Assembly: GCA_031458695.1 (NCBI GenBank)
Contig: JAVKJW010000035.1
Coordinates: 1-20,986 of the forward strand
DNA: 20,986 bases
Direction of reading: 5' to 3'
From: Candidatus Thermofontivivens primus
Lineage (GTDB): Bacteria > Sysuimicrobiota > Sysuimicrobiia > Sysuimicrobiales > Thermofontiviventaceae
Positions 8,232 through 18,808 of the stretch are shown piece by piece. Numbering within the stretch: position 1 is the stretch's first letter; each line of letters starts with the position of its first letter. A model generated the notes under the pieces. The model had not been told where the DNA came from. It did not search any database and saw nothing but the letters and a program-made list of their open reading frames with translations. Position numbers and translations under genes: made by a program.

Positions 8232-9437
8232 TCATGATGCCTCGGGCTGCACCCGTTCCCTGCTCATCTGTGTGAAGAGGGCGAGGTAGCTCCTCGCCAC
8301 CTTGGGCCAGCGCATCTGGGCTGCCAGCATAGACGCATTATGCTGGAGCTGCGCGCGGAGATCGGGATGGTCGAGGAGATAGAGGACGGCCTCTGCAATT
8401 GCCTCCGGACTCCGGAACGGGACGAGGATCCCTCTCCCGTCTTTCAGGAGGTCACGAGCATAGAGGTAAGGAGTGGCGATAATCGCTCGGTTAAAGCCAA
8501 GAGCATAGGAGAGCGTGCCGCTTGTTACTTGGTCCGGATTATGGTAGGGCGTGATGTAGATGTCGGTTGCTGAGAGGTACAGGGCGAGCTCCTCCTCGCG
8601 GAGGTACCGGTTATCAAATCGCACATTTTCTTCAAGCCCAAGGTCCTGGACACGCCGGACCAGGGAGTTCCGGTAAGCTTCGCCCTCTCTCCGCAGGACG
8701 TTAGGGTGGGTTTGCCCCAGTATGAGATAGAGCACCTTGGGGTGTTTTGCGCGGACCTGGGGGAGCGCCTCGATCACATCCTCGATGCCCTTTCCAGAGC
8801 TGATGAGACCGAATGTGGTGATGACCTCTCGACCAAGCAAGCCCAGCTGCCGCTTAGCCTCGAGGGGAGGGGTGAGTGAAGGGGTGGGCACCCCGTGGGG
8901 GATCACGAAGATCTTGTGATCGCTGGTGATCCCGTAGCTCTCGAGTAGGATCTTTGCTGCTGAGGGGAGCATCACTACGACCGCATCGCTGAGTCGGACG
9001 ATGTTCCGTATGATATTGCGCGTGATCGGGAGAGGATTGGGTAAAACTGTGTGAAGCGTGGTCACGATCGGCGCATCGACCCGCTCCATCAAGTCCAGGA
9101 CATACTCTCCCCACTCGCCCCCAAAGATGCCGAACTCGTGCTGGATGTTCACCACATCCACACCTGCGTCGTTCAAAGCCTGGGCAATCTCCCGATAGCT
9201 CGCTGGATCGTTCTGGTAGAGCTCCCAGCGGACCTCCGTTCCGTATGGATACCGCGCGCCATCGTCGGTAATCGCCACGACGAAGGTCTCAATCCAAGGG
9301 CTTTCGAGATTGAGGGAAAAGTTGAGATCCCGGGTGAACGTTGCAATCCCGCATTCCCGGGGAGGATAGGTGGAGATCAATGCCACAGTGAGCTTATTGG
9401 GAACGTTCCTGGTGTACTCCACCACCGGTCGGTACAT
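8232..9437 (-). CDS. Glycosyltransferase family 4, mannosyltransferase-like subfamily
   Basis: STYPPRECGIATFT, IQHEFGIFGG, TTLHTVL, IPHGVP, TFGLISSGKGIE, QVTSGTLSYA. GGAGGTG SD 7 nt before the ATG. Confidence 0.92.
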   Translation of the reverse strand: MYRPVVEYTRNVPNKLTVALISTYPPRECGIATFTRDLNFSLNLESPWIETFVVAITDDGARYPYGTEVRWELYQNDPASYREIAQALNDAGVDVVNIQHEFGIFGGEWGEYVLDLMERVDAPIVTTLHTVLPNPLPITRNIIRNIVRLSDAVVVMLPSAAKILLESYGITSDHKIFVIPHGVPTPSLTPPLEAKRQLGLLGREVITTFGLISSGKGIEDVIEALPQVRAKHPKVLYLILGQTHPNVLRREGEAYRNSLVRRVQDLGLEENVRFDNRYLREEELALYLSATDIYITPYHNPDQVTSGTLSYALGFNRAIIATPYLYARDLLKDGRGILVPFRSPEAIAEAVLYLLDHPDLRAQLQHNASMLAAQMRWPKVARSYLALFTQMSRERVQPEAS

Positions 9438-10518
9438 GATGCATCACCTCCTCGGACCATTTCCCTTGGGCTTGCAGGTCACGCTTCCGAAGACGGACGC
9501 GCTCGTACACCTCAATGTGCTGGTCGACCATCCGTTGGGCATGGAAGCGTTGCGCGACCCAAGTTCGGCAGGCCTCCCGGGAGATGCGTGGGATGCGTTC
9601 CACAGCCTCGACTGCCTCCTCTACACCATGCACGATGAAGCCGGTGCGTCCATGTGCAACGATCTCGGGGACGGATCCCATTCCTATGGCAATGACCGGC
9701 GTCCCACACGCCATGGCCTCGATCATGGTGAGGCCGAATGCTTCGTGGTACTGGATCAAATGGAGGAACGCGTAGGCCCCGGCATAGAGCTGGTTCCTGA
9801 GAGGATGCTCCGCGGGGCCAATGAAACGGATTTGCTCCCCATCGATGTGGGGGCTCACCTGAGTGTGAAAGTACTCCTCTTCCTCGGGGGGGACGATCCC
9901 GGCGAGGATAAGGGGCATTCCCGTGCGCTTGGCGACCTCGATGGCGAGGTGGATTCCCTTAACCCTGGCGATGCGCCCGACAAACAGGAGATACTCACCA
10001 GGCCTCTCCCCGAAGGGGAACTCCTCCACCTCTACCCCATGGTGGATCGTCGCGATGTAGGTAAGCTCTGGTGCGAGAAGACGTTCTGCATCTGTCACTG
10101 AGATGTATGGCCCTTCGCGGTAGTAGGAATAGATCAGGCGACTCCAGGGCTCCGCAGCCGATCCATGAAGCGTCGTGATCACCGGTGTCTTGACGAGGCG
10201 GGAGAAACACACCCAATAAGAGCCCGCGTGGTTGTGGATGACGTCAAACTCCTCTGCCCGTTCGAAGCAAGCAGCGGCATGGAGGAACTCATAGGCTTTT
10301 CCCAATGGTGCCAGAGAAGGATCCTCTGCAAGCGGTTTAGGGCAAACGCTGATGAGGCGTGCAGATGTTGAGGAGTCTGCAGTTGCAAATAGGGTGACCT
10401 CTACGCCCCGGCGGGTTAACCCCTCCACGAGGCTTCGTACAGCGATCTCCCACCCCCCATAATGGCGAGGTGGGACCCTCCAGGCAATGGGGGCGAGGAC
10501 GGCCACGTGCATATGCAA
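9394..10518 (-). CDS. Glycosyltransferase family 4 (start TTG 10518 or ATG 10512)
   Basis: VPPRHYGGWE, VTLFATADS, TTLHG, FVGRIARVKG, intact E-x7-E motif (EAFGLTMIE AMACGTPVI). Confidence 0.93.
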   Translation of the reverse strand: MHMHVAVLAPIAWRVPPRHYGGWEIAVRSLVEGLTRRGVEVTLFATADSSTSARLISVCPKPLAEDPSLAPLGKAYEFLHAAACFERAEEFDVIHNHAGSYWVCFSRLVKTPVITTLHGSAAEPWSRLIYSYYREGPYISVTDAERLLAPELTYIATIHHGVEVEEFPFGERPGEYLLFVGRIARVKGIHLAIEVAKRTGMPLILAGIVPPEEEEYFHTQVSPHIDGEQIRFIGPAEHPLRNQLYAGAYAFLHLIQYHEAFGLTMIEAMACGTPVIAIGMGSVPEIVAHGRTGFIVHGVEEAVEAVERIPRISREACRTWVAQRFHAQRMVDQHIEVYERVRLRKRDLQAQGKWSEEVMHHVPTGGGVHQERSQ

Positions 10519-10549
10519 AAGTCAATTCTTGAGGCCTCCATCATTTCTC

Positions 10550-10578
10550 ATTATAATACCCCCCACAAGTCCCGTCCA
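10550..10578 (-). promoter_or_regulatory. Putative sigma-70 promoter for the GT4 cluster
   Basis: Minus strand TGGACG-17 nt-TATAAT upstream of the first GT4. Confidence 0.65.
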
Positions 10579-10913
10579 CAAAAACAACCAGGGAATCTTC
10601 TTTTGCCTCTCAAAGGAGCCCTACACTCTTTCATGCCGTGTGTGGCAAAACTCGGTCCTTTCCTTTGCTTCCAGTCCCTCGGCCTCGACCATGCCTACCG
10701 GTGATTGGTCTTATCGATATTTGCTCCGGGAGAGTCCCTCGCCCCTTCTTGTTAGCCTACCGATTCTCGGCACGGTCGTTTTTAAAATAGTTCACATAGG
10801 TGGGCACCGTAGGTCGGGAACGGTCGAAGCTCCCTTTGGCGCGTATACTGGAGTGATGCGAATTCCCAAGAACCGGAAAAGGAAGAGGGAGAATGCCAAA
10901 AAGGGAAGAGGTA

Positions 10914-10942
10914 TTGACAAGAAGGATGCGGGCTGATATATA
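10914..10942 (+). promoter_or_regulatory. Putative rRNA operon promoter
   Basis: TTGACA-17 nt-TATATA with TG extension and purine/A-rich upstream DNA, ~150 nt before the 16S. Confidence 0.7.
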
Positions 10943-11016
10943 TAGAGTGCGGTTGAGTCTCGCAAGGCCACTCGCTCTGTGTGTGATCTCCCGCGACGAA
11001 AGTGGCCTTGTCCCTT

Positions 11017-11062
11017 GAACCTTGAAAATTGAATAGTGGCAAGGAGGCCCCGCGACGTCCCC
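11017..11062 (+). promoter_or_regulatory. boxA-like motif and 5' strand of the 16S processing stem
   Basis: GAACCTTGAAAA recurs as GAACCTTGACAA at 12804-12815. CCTTGAAAATTGAATAGTGGCAAGGA is largely complementary to the 16S trailer within 12682-12724. Confidence 0.75.
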
Positions 11063-11092
11063 GATTCTCCGTGCAAAGCTTGTCCTTAAGTT

Positions 11093-12664
<1,572 letters not shown>

Positions 12665-12864
12665 AGCAGCCAAGATCAACAGGGGTCTGTCGCAGGTTTC
12701 CTTGCCACTATTGAGTTTTCAAGGCACGCGCGGAATCTTCAAGCAAGAAAGCGAGGAGAAGGATCAGGGCGATAAGCCCTGATCTTTTTGAGCGCGTGGC
12801 CTCGAACCTTGACAACTGCATAGCAGGCGCCATTGAGAGTCTAGCTGCTCCTAAGGCGGGTAAC

Positions 12865-12901
<37 letters not shown>

Positions 12902-13093
12902 CAGAGGCCGATGAAGGACGCTGCCGGCGGCGAAAGGTCCGGGGAGCTGCCTAGCAAGCGTTGATCCGGACGTCTCCGAATGGGGAAACCTGGCTGGGGC
13001 GAACCCCAGTCATCCTGTGCTGAATCCATAAGCACAGGAGGGCCAGTGGGGGAACTGAAACATCTCAGTACCCCGAGGAAAAGAAATCAACAA

Positions 13094-13128
13094 GGGGTCC
13101 TGCGAAGCCCATCAGGACTTCGCGGGGT
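13094..13128 (+). repeat. Palindromic element inserted in 23S rRNA domain I
   Basis: GGGGT CCT GCGAAGCCC ATCA GGACTTCGC GGGG T lies between the conserved AAGAAATCAAC and GAGATTCC. Confidence 0.75.
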
Positions 13129-13444
13129 CTCGGAGATTCCCCGAGTAGTGGCGAGCGAAAGGGGAAGAGCCCAAACCGTCGGTGTGCACAAGCCCTCAGG
13201 CGTTGCACCGGCGGGGTTGTGGGACATGGCCGGGCCGGGCTGAGGACCGGCCGGGAAGTTACAAATCCTGTGCCTAGCCGAACCGTCCTGGAACGGCGGG
13301 CCACAGAGGGTGAAAGCCCCGTAGGCGAAAGGTACAGGACTTCCTGGGCCATGGACCCGAGTACCGCGGGACACGTGGAATCCCGCGGGAAGCTGGGGGG
13401 ACCACCCTCCAAGGCTAAATACCTCTGGCGACCGATAGTGCACG

Positions 13445-13475
<31 letters not shown>

Positions 13476-13892
13476 GGGAGGGGAGTGAAAGAGAACCTGA
13501 AACCGTGTGCCTACAACCAGTCGGAGGGCTATGCCGGCATCCTTTTGGGTTGCCGGAATGCCTGACGGCGTGCCTATTGAAGAATGAGCCGGTGAGTTAC
13601 GGTGTGCAGCGAGCTTAAGGGGGCAAACCCCGGAGGCGTAGGGAAACCGAGTCTGAACAGGGCGCCGCTCCCGGATGGGAGGTCAGGACTCCGTCCTGAC
13701 AGTTGCACGCCGTAGACCCGAAACCGGGCGAGCTACCCATGGCCAGGGTGAAGTCCCGCTAATCCGGGATGGAGGCCCGCACCCGTCGGTGTTGCAAAAC
13801 CGTGGGATGAGCTGTGGGTAGGGGTGATATGCCAATCGAGCCCGGAGATAGCTGGTTCTCCCCGAAATGCATTGAGGTGCAGCCTCGGGAAA

Positions 13893-13931
13893 CGGGTTCC
13901 CATGAAAATCTCTATGAGATTTTCATGGGAC
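13893..13931 (+). repeat. Palindromic element inserted in 23S rRNA domain II (helix 38 base)
   Basis: CGGGT TCCC ATGAAAATCTC TAT GAGATTTTCAT GGGA C. Perfect 15-bp stem sharing AAAATCTC/GAGATTTT with 8113-8154. Confidence 0.85.
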
Positions 13932-14132
13932 TGTAGCCGTGCGGAGGTAGAGCACTGGATGGGCTAGGGGGGCAGAAGCCCTACCGAACTCAACCAAACT
14001 CCGAATGCCGCACGCGCGGTTCCCGGGAGTGAGACTACGGGGGATAAGCTCCGTGGTCGAGAGGGGAACAGCCCAGACCGTCGGCTAAGGTCCCTAAGCG
14101 CTGGCTAAGTGGAGAAGGAAGTGGCATCGCGA

Positions 14133-14199
<67 letters not shown>

Positions 14200-14940
14200 C
14201 GATGCTGCGCCGAAAATTCAACGGGGCTCAAGCCAGCCACCGAAGCCACGGGCCCGCAGGAAAGTGTTCCTGCGGGCGGTAGGGGAGCGTTCCGCGATAG
14301 GTTGAAGGCGGACCGTGAGGACCGCTGGACGAGGCGGAAGTGAGAATGCCGGCATGAGTAGCGAAAAGGCAGGTGAGAATCCTGCCCGCCGTAAGCCTAA
14401 GGGTTCTTAAGGAAGGGTCGTCCGCTTAAGGTTAGGCGGGACCTAAGGCGAGGCCGAAAGGCGTAGCCGATGGACAGCCGGTCGACATTCCGGCCCCACC
14501 TAGACATCGCTTGCAGCCGAGGGGGGACGCAGAAGGGTAGGCCTACCGGGTGGTGGATGTCCCGGGCCAAGCCTGTAGGGGGGAGGGGTAGGCAAATCCG
14601 CTCCTCCGGGTAAAACCCAACCCCGAGAGGCGAGTGCGAGCTGGGGTGAATACCCCGGCGAAGTGGCTGAGCCCACGCTGCCAAGAAAAGCCTCGCGGTG
14701 AGATGTCTAGGTGCCCGTACCGCAAACCGACACAGGTAGGCAGGCACTGAACGTGCCAAGGCGCGCGGGAGAACCCTCCTCAAGGAACTCGGCAAAATGA
14801 CCCCGTAACTTCGGAAGAAGGGGTGCCCCGTGTAAGGTGAGTGGTTCACGCCACGAGCCTGAGGGGGTCGCAGAGAATAGGCCCAGCCGACTGTTTAACA
14901 AAAACACAGGTCTCTGCTAACCCGTAAGGGGAAGTATAGG

Positions 14941-14976
<36 letters not shown>

Positions 14977-15014
14977 TGGGTTAGTCCGCTGGCTCGTCCA
15001 GCGGGCGACGCTCG

Positions 15015-15113
<99 letters not shown>

Positions 15114-15362
15114 GCTGGGCGCTGTCTCGAGGAGGGACCCGGCGAAGTTGTAGTACCCGTGAAGATACGGGTTACCCGCGGCTGGACGGAAAGACCCCGT
15201 GGAGCTTTACTGCAGCCTGCTATTGGATTTGGCTTTAGCATGTATAGGATAGGTGGGAGGCGGAGAAGCGGGGGCGCCAGCCTCCGTGGAGCCACCCTTG
15301 GAATACCACCCTTGTTAAAGCTAAGTCCTAACCTGTGACCTCATCGGCCACAGGGACAGTGG

Positions 15363-15399
<37 letters not shown>

Positions 15400-15555
15400 C
15401 GGTAACGGAGGCGCCCAAAGGTCCCCTCAGCACGGTTGGAAACCGTGCGTCGAGTGCAAGGGCATAAGGGGGCTTGACTGTGAGGCCTACAAGCCGAGCA
15501 GAGGCGAAAGCCGGGCCTAGTGATCCTACGGCGGCAAGTGGGAGCGCCGTGGCTT

Positions 15556-15660
<105 letters not shown>

Positions 15661-15664
15661 CAGT

Positions 15665-15701
<37 letters not shown>

Positions 15702-15706
15702 TACGT

Positions 15707-15749
<43 letters not shown>

Positions 15750-15867
15750 CCGCGGGCGCAGGAGGCTTGAGGGGAGCTGCTCCTAGTACGAGAGGACCGG
15801 AGTGGACGGACCTCTGGTGTACCGGTTGTCCCGCCAGGGGCACGCGCCGGGTAGCCATGTCCGGACG

Positions 15868-15900
<33 letters not shown>

Positions 15901-16159
15901 CACCCCAAGATGAGGCCTCCCACGGCGTCAAGCCGGTAAGGCCCCAGGTAGACCACCTGGTTGATAGGCCGGAGGTGTAAGGGCTGTGAGGCCTTGAGCC
16001 GACCGGTACTAATCGGCCGAGGGCTTGAGGCCTGCCTTAGGAGCTGCTAGCCTCTTAACGGTGTCTGCTGTGCAGTTGTCTGCAAGTTTCCCGGTCGGGG
16101 TTGGAGGTCGAAGGCATATTGTCTAGCCTCCAGCCTGCGGCCTGTCGAGGTTTCGCTTC

Positions 16160-16277
16160 TCCCGGTGGCCATACCGGAGGGGAAACACCCGGTCCCATTC
16201 CGAACCCGGAAGTTAAGCCCTCCAGGGCCGATGGTACTGCGCTGGAGACGGCGCGGGAGAGTAGGTCGCTGCCGGGA
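16160..16277 (+). rRNA. rrf: 5S ribosomal RNA
   Basis: TCCCGGTGGCCATA...CCCATTCCGAACCCGGAAGTTAAG...GGGAGAGTAGGTCGCTGCCGGGA, with complementary ends. Confidence 0.98.
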
Positions 16278-16285
16278 GTAGACCT

Positions 16286-16315
16286 GGGAAAGGGGAGGGA
16301 TTCCTCCCCTTTCTC
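16286..16315 (+). terminator. Putative intrinsic terminator of the rRNA operon
   Basis: AAAGGGGAGG GATT CCTCCCCTTT hairpin directly after the 5S. The U-tract is short and interrupted. Confidence 0.7.
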
Positions 16316-16365
16316 TATGGCTCTTGCGGAGAGCAAGGTAAAGGTATAAGGGGAGGTGATCCAGC

Positions 16366-16566
16366 GTGATCGATCCGCCCCTGGAAGTTCTCTTAGAGAG
16401 GATCCCAAGCAAGTATGCATTGGTGATCGCGACGACAAAGCGCGCGCACCAGATCAACGAGGGATCTCTGCCCCTCGTGGACGTAGATTCCACCAACCCG
16501 GTCACGATTGCCCTCCATGAGATCGCTGCCGGGAGAATCCGTGTAGAGCGGCCCAGGGAACTGTGA
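16366..16566 (+). CDS. rpoZ: RNA polymerase omega subunit
   Basis: PPLEVLLERIPSKYALVIATTKRAHQI...NPVTIALHEIAAGRI. GTG start after GGAGGTG. Confidence 0.93.
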   Translation: MIDPPLEVLLERIPSKYALVIATTKRAHQINEGSLPLVDVDSTNPVTIALHEIAAGRIRVERPREL

Positions 16567-16595
16567 CTGGGTAGCTCAAGGATCCTCGCGATGTG

Positions 16596-16628
16596 GGGAT
16601 GGGGAGCGTGTCCCCATCCTTTTGTTTT
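16596..16628 (+). terminator. Intrinsic terminator after rpoZ, between convergent rpoZ and ald
   Basis: GGATGGGGA GCGTG TCCCCATCC followed by TTTTGTTTT. Confidence 0.8.
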
Positions 16629-17739
16629 ATTGGAGGATCTCAGAAAGGGGTGTGTAGGGGAGCTCGTGAGCTTCTGCAACAGCCTTGTGGGTAACCGCTC
16701 CCTCTGCGATGTTCACCCCAAGCGCTAGGGCAGGGTCATCTCGGACCGCTATGCGCCATCCTTTGCTGGCAATAGTAAGAGCATAGGGCATGGTGGCGTT
16801 TGTGAGGGCAAAGGTGGAGGTACGGGGGAGAGCTCCTGGCATGTTTGTGACCCCGTAGTGGATCACGCCGTGCTTGACGAAGACCGGGTTAGTATGTGTC
16901 GTCGGTCGAATGGTCTCCACGCATCCTCCCTGGTCAATGGAGACGTCTATAATCACCGAACCAGGTTTCATCGTGCGCACGAGGTCTTCAGAGACCAGTC
17001 GGGGAGCCCGGGCCCCTGGAATAAGAACCGCGCCGATAAGGAGATCTGCATAAGCTACAGCCTGCTCGATCGTATAGGGGTTGCTCATTACGCAGAGGAC
17101 CCTCCCATGGAGGATGTCCTCCAAGTAGGTCATGCGGCGGTGGTTCTTCTCTAAGATGGTCACCTGGGCCCCCATTCCAGCCGCTACCCGAGCCGCGTTG
17201 AACCCTACGGTACCTCCCCCTAGGATCACAACATTCGCCGGTGCGACGCCTGTCACCCCTCCCAGCAAGGTTCCCTTTCCTCCCGCTGTCTTCTTCAGGT
17301 AATACGCCCCTTCCTGGACAGCCATCTTCCCAGCGACCTCGCTCATGGGGGTAAGGAGTGGGAGTTCCCCGTCAGGTAGTTGAACAGTCTCATATGCGAT
17401 GGCGACGACCTTGTGCTCCAGGAGGGCCATGGTGAGCTCCCTGGAAGGCGCGAGGTGGAGATAGGCGAACAGAATGAGGCCAGGCCGCAGATACTTATAC
17501 TCTTCCGGGAGTGGTTCTTTGACTTTCATCACCATGTCGGCCCCCCAGATCTCGGCGGGGTCCTTGACGATCTTTGCGCCCCGGCGGGCGTACTCCCCGT
17601 CGGTAATTCCGCTCCCTTCCCCGGCTCCCGACTCAATGAGAACCTCGTGCCCCTCCTCCACGAGCTGCATCACGCCAGCGGGGGTGATTCCAACCCGGTA
17701 CTCCTGATCCTTCCGCTCTTTTGGGATCCCGACCCGCAT
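16627..17739 (-). CDS. ald: Alanine dehydrogenase
   Basis: MRVGIPKERKDQEYRV start (ATG 17739 after GGGAGG), KVKEP, YLHLA, PMSEVAG, GGGTVG NAD-binding motif, IDQGGC, NMPGA. Confidence 0.96.
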   Translation of the reverse strand: MRVGIPKERKDQEYRVGITPAGVMQLVEEGHEVLIESGAGEGSGITDGEYARRGAKIVKDPAEIWGADMVMKVKEPLPEEYKYLRPGLILFAYLHLAPSRELTMALLEHKVVAIAYETVQLPDGELPLLTPMSEVAGKMAVQEGAYYLKKTAGGKGTLLGGVTGVAPANVVILGGGTVGFNAARVAAGMGAQVTILEKNHRRMTYLEDILHGRVLCVMSNPYTIEQAVAYADLLIGAVLIPGARAPRLVSEDLVRTMKPGSVIIDVSIDQGGCVETIRPTTHTNPVFVKHGVIHYGVTNMPGALPRTSTFALTNATMPYALTIASKGWRIAVRDDPALALGVNIAEGAVTHKAVAEAHELPYTPLSEILQ

Positions 17740-17957
17740 CCAGCACCCTCCCTCTCTAGCTGAAGAGAAGTCCAGGTTCACATTTTCAGTACTCCAGCAA
17801 GACCCCCACCCATTGTTGAAGCTACTTCCACATCGTGGAAAGAAGCTCCTCCAAGAAGGCCTCGATGGGCCTATAATGTCGGGGCATCCTGTGATAGACT
17901 GAGCGTGAAAGAGATTGCGGAGCCAACTGAAGAGAGTCGGGGGAGTTTGGAAAGCTC

Positions 17958-18461
17958 ATGCGCTTTACTCCAATCATATTGGCGTTGGCGGCTGCGCTCA
18001 CCGGGGTGGTTCTTTTGATATCTGTTGGAGAAGGTACCGCGGGTCCACAGACGGTATGGACAAGTCAGGACGGGAACGTGCGTGTACTCTTCACCCTTGA
18101 TAAGCTGCGGTACGTTAGGGGAGAGGCCGTGACCCTTCGGTTGACCGTTGCCAATCTTGGGCAAACCCCCTTATCCTATCATTTCCGCTCAGGAAAGCAC
18201 TATGACTTTGAGATCTACCGCGGGGGCACACTTATCTGGAGGTGGTCTGAGGGGAAGGTGTTCGTACAGATGCTCACCACCTTTCAGGTTCCCCCCGGGG
18301 AGAGGAAGGATTTCGTGGAGCAGTGGAGGCAAATGGATTTGAGGGGAGGATACGTTCCTCCAGGGGAATATACAGCTGTAGCCTTTCTTCCCGTCGATCG
18401 AGAGGCCGGGGGAGCCGCGGCACCCGACCGACTCGTCCTCCATTTCTCTATTCTTCCCTAA
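17958..18461 (+). CDS. Exported protein with BsuPI-like (proteinase inhibitor family) beta domain
   Basis: N-terminal signal/anchor helix. GEAVTLRLTVAN, FRSGKHYDFEI, IWRWSEGKVFVQML, PGE, PPGEY. Confidence 0.78.
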   Translation: MRFTPIILALAAALTGVVLLISVGEGTAGPQTVWTSQDGNVRVLFTLDKLRYVRGEAVTLRLTVANLGQTPLSYHFRSGKHYDFEIYRGGTLIWRWSEGKVFVQMLTTFQVPPGERKDFVEQWRQMDLRGGYVPPGEYTAVAFLPVDREAGGAAAPDRLVLHFSILP

Positions 18462-18587
18462 AGAAGGCGGGCAAATCTTTTTGGCTTCTTGCTGGGGTGA
18501 GGTCTCTGCCCTTACGAGCTAGAGTGCAGGGGCTCTCTCGCATCCTCACCTGAGTATGGAACTGAACCGAATCCCCTGGGTCCCCTG

Positions 18588-18616
18588 TTGCCACACTCTT
18601 CCCTTTCCGCTACTAT
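18588..18616 (+). promoter_or_regulatory. Putative sigma-70 promoter of the tRNA
   Basis: TTGCCA-17 nt-TACTAT ending 9 nt before the tRNA. Confidence 0.75.
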
Positions 18617-18625
18617 ATAACCGAC

Positions 18626-18702
18626 GGCGGCGTAGCTCAGATGGTCAGAGCACGCGGCTCATACCCGCGGAGTCCGGGGTTCAAGTCCCCGCGCCGCCAC
18701 CA
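18626..18702 (+). tRNA. tRNA with CAT anticodon, most likely elongator tRNA-Met
   Basis: Acceptor GGCGGCG/CGCCGCC-A-CCA, D arm TAGCTCAGATGGTCAGAGC, anticodon arm CGCGG-CTCATAC-CCGCG, T arm CGGGG-TTCAAGT-CCCCG. G1-C72 is paired, so it is not the initiator. Confidence 0.95.
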
Positions 18703-18715
18703 TATATGCATGTTT

Positions 18716-18759
18716 GAGGGGCGAACCGATGCGAGGAGGGACACGGTTCGCCCCTCTTT
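18716..18759 (+). terminator. Hairpin / possible terminator after the tRNA
   Basis: GAGGGGCGAACCG/CGGTTCGCCCCTC 13-bp perfect stem with a 15-nt loop, followed by TTT. Confidence 0.55.
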
Positions 18760-18808
18760 CCCTCGTGGGAGAGACGTGCGAGGGCAGAGGGAAGTTGAGG
18801 TACACACC

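Noticed and set aside
10337..10525. 62-aa out-of-frame ORF whose TTG is better spaced from GGAGG than the GT4 start
   Set aside because: It has no protein-like features and overlaps an intact GT4. A frameshift or leader role cannot be supported from sequence alone.
10580..10910. ~330-nt divergent intergenic region as a possible ncRNA or small gene
   Set aside because: It shows only short weak stems and a repeated GCCTACCG, with no recognisable riboswitch or convincing ORF.
12682..12724. GGGGTCTGTCGCAGG as another repeat head
   Set aside because: It is explained by pairing with the 16S leader (11020-11062) and has no local hairpin.
17740..17781. 14-aa extension of Ald
   Set aside because: The canonical start MRVGIPKE has its own SD at 17739.
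18578..18585. GGGTCCCC upstream of the tRNA promoter as a repeat head
   Set aside because: No stem or closing GGGGT follows it.
18641..18808. N-terminal extension of TilS in the ORF track
   Set aside because: It overlaps the tRNA and the downstream hairpin. TilS-like sequence starts at TTG 18809, which has an SD.
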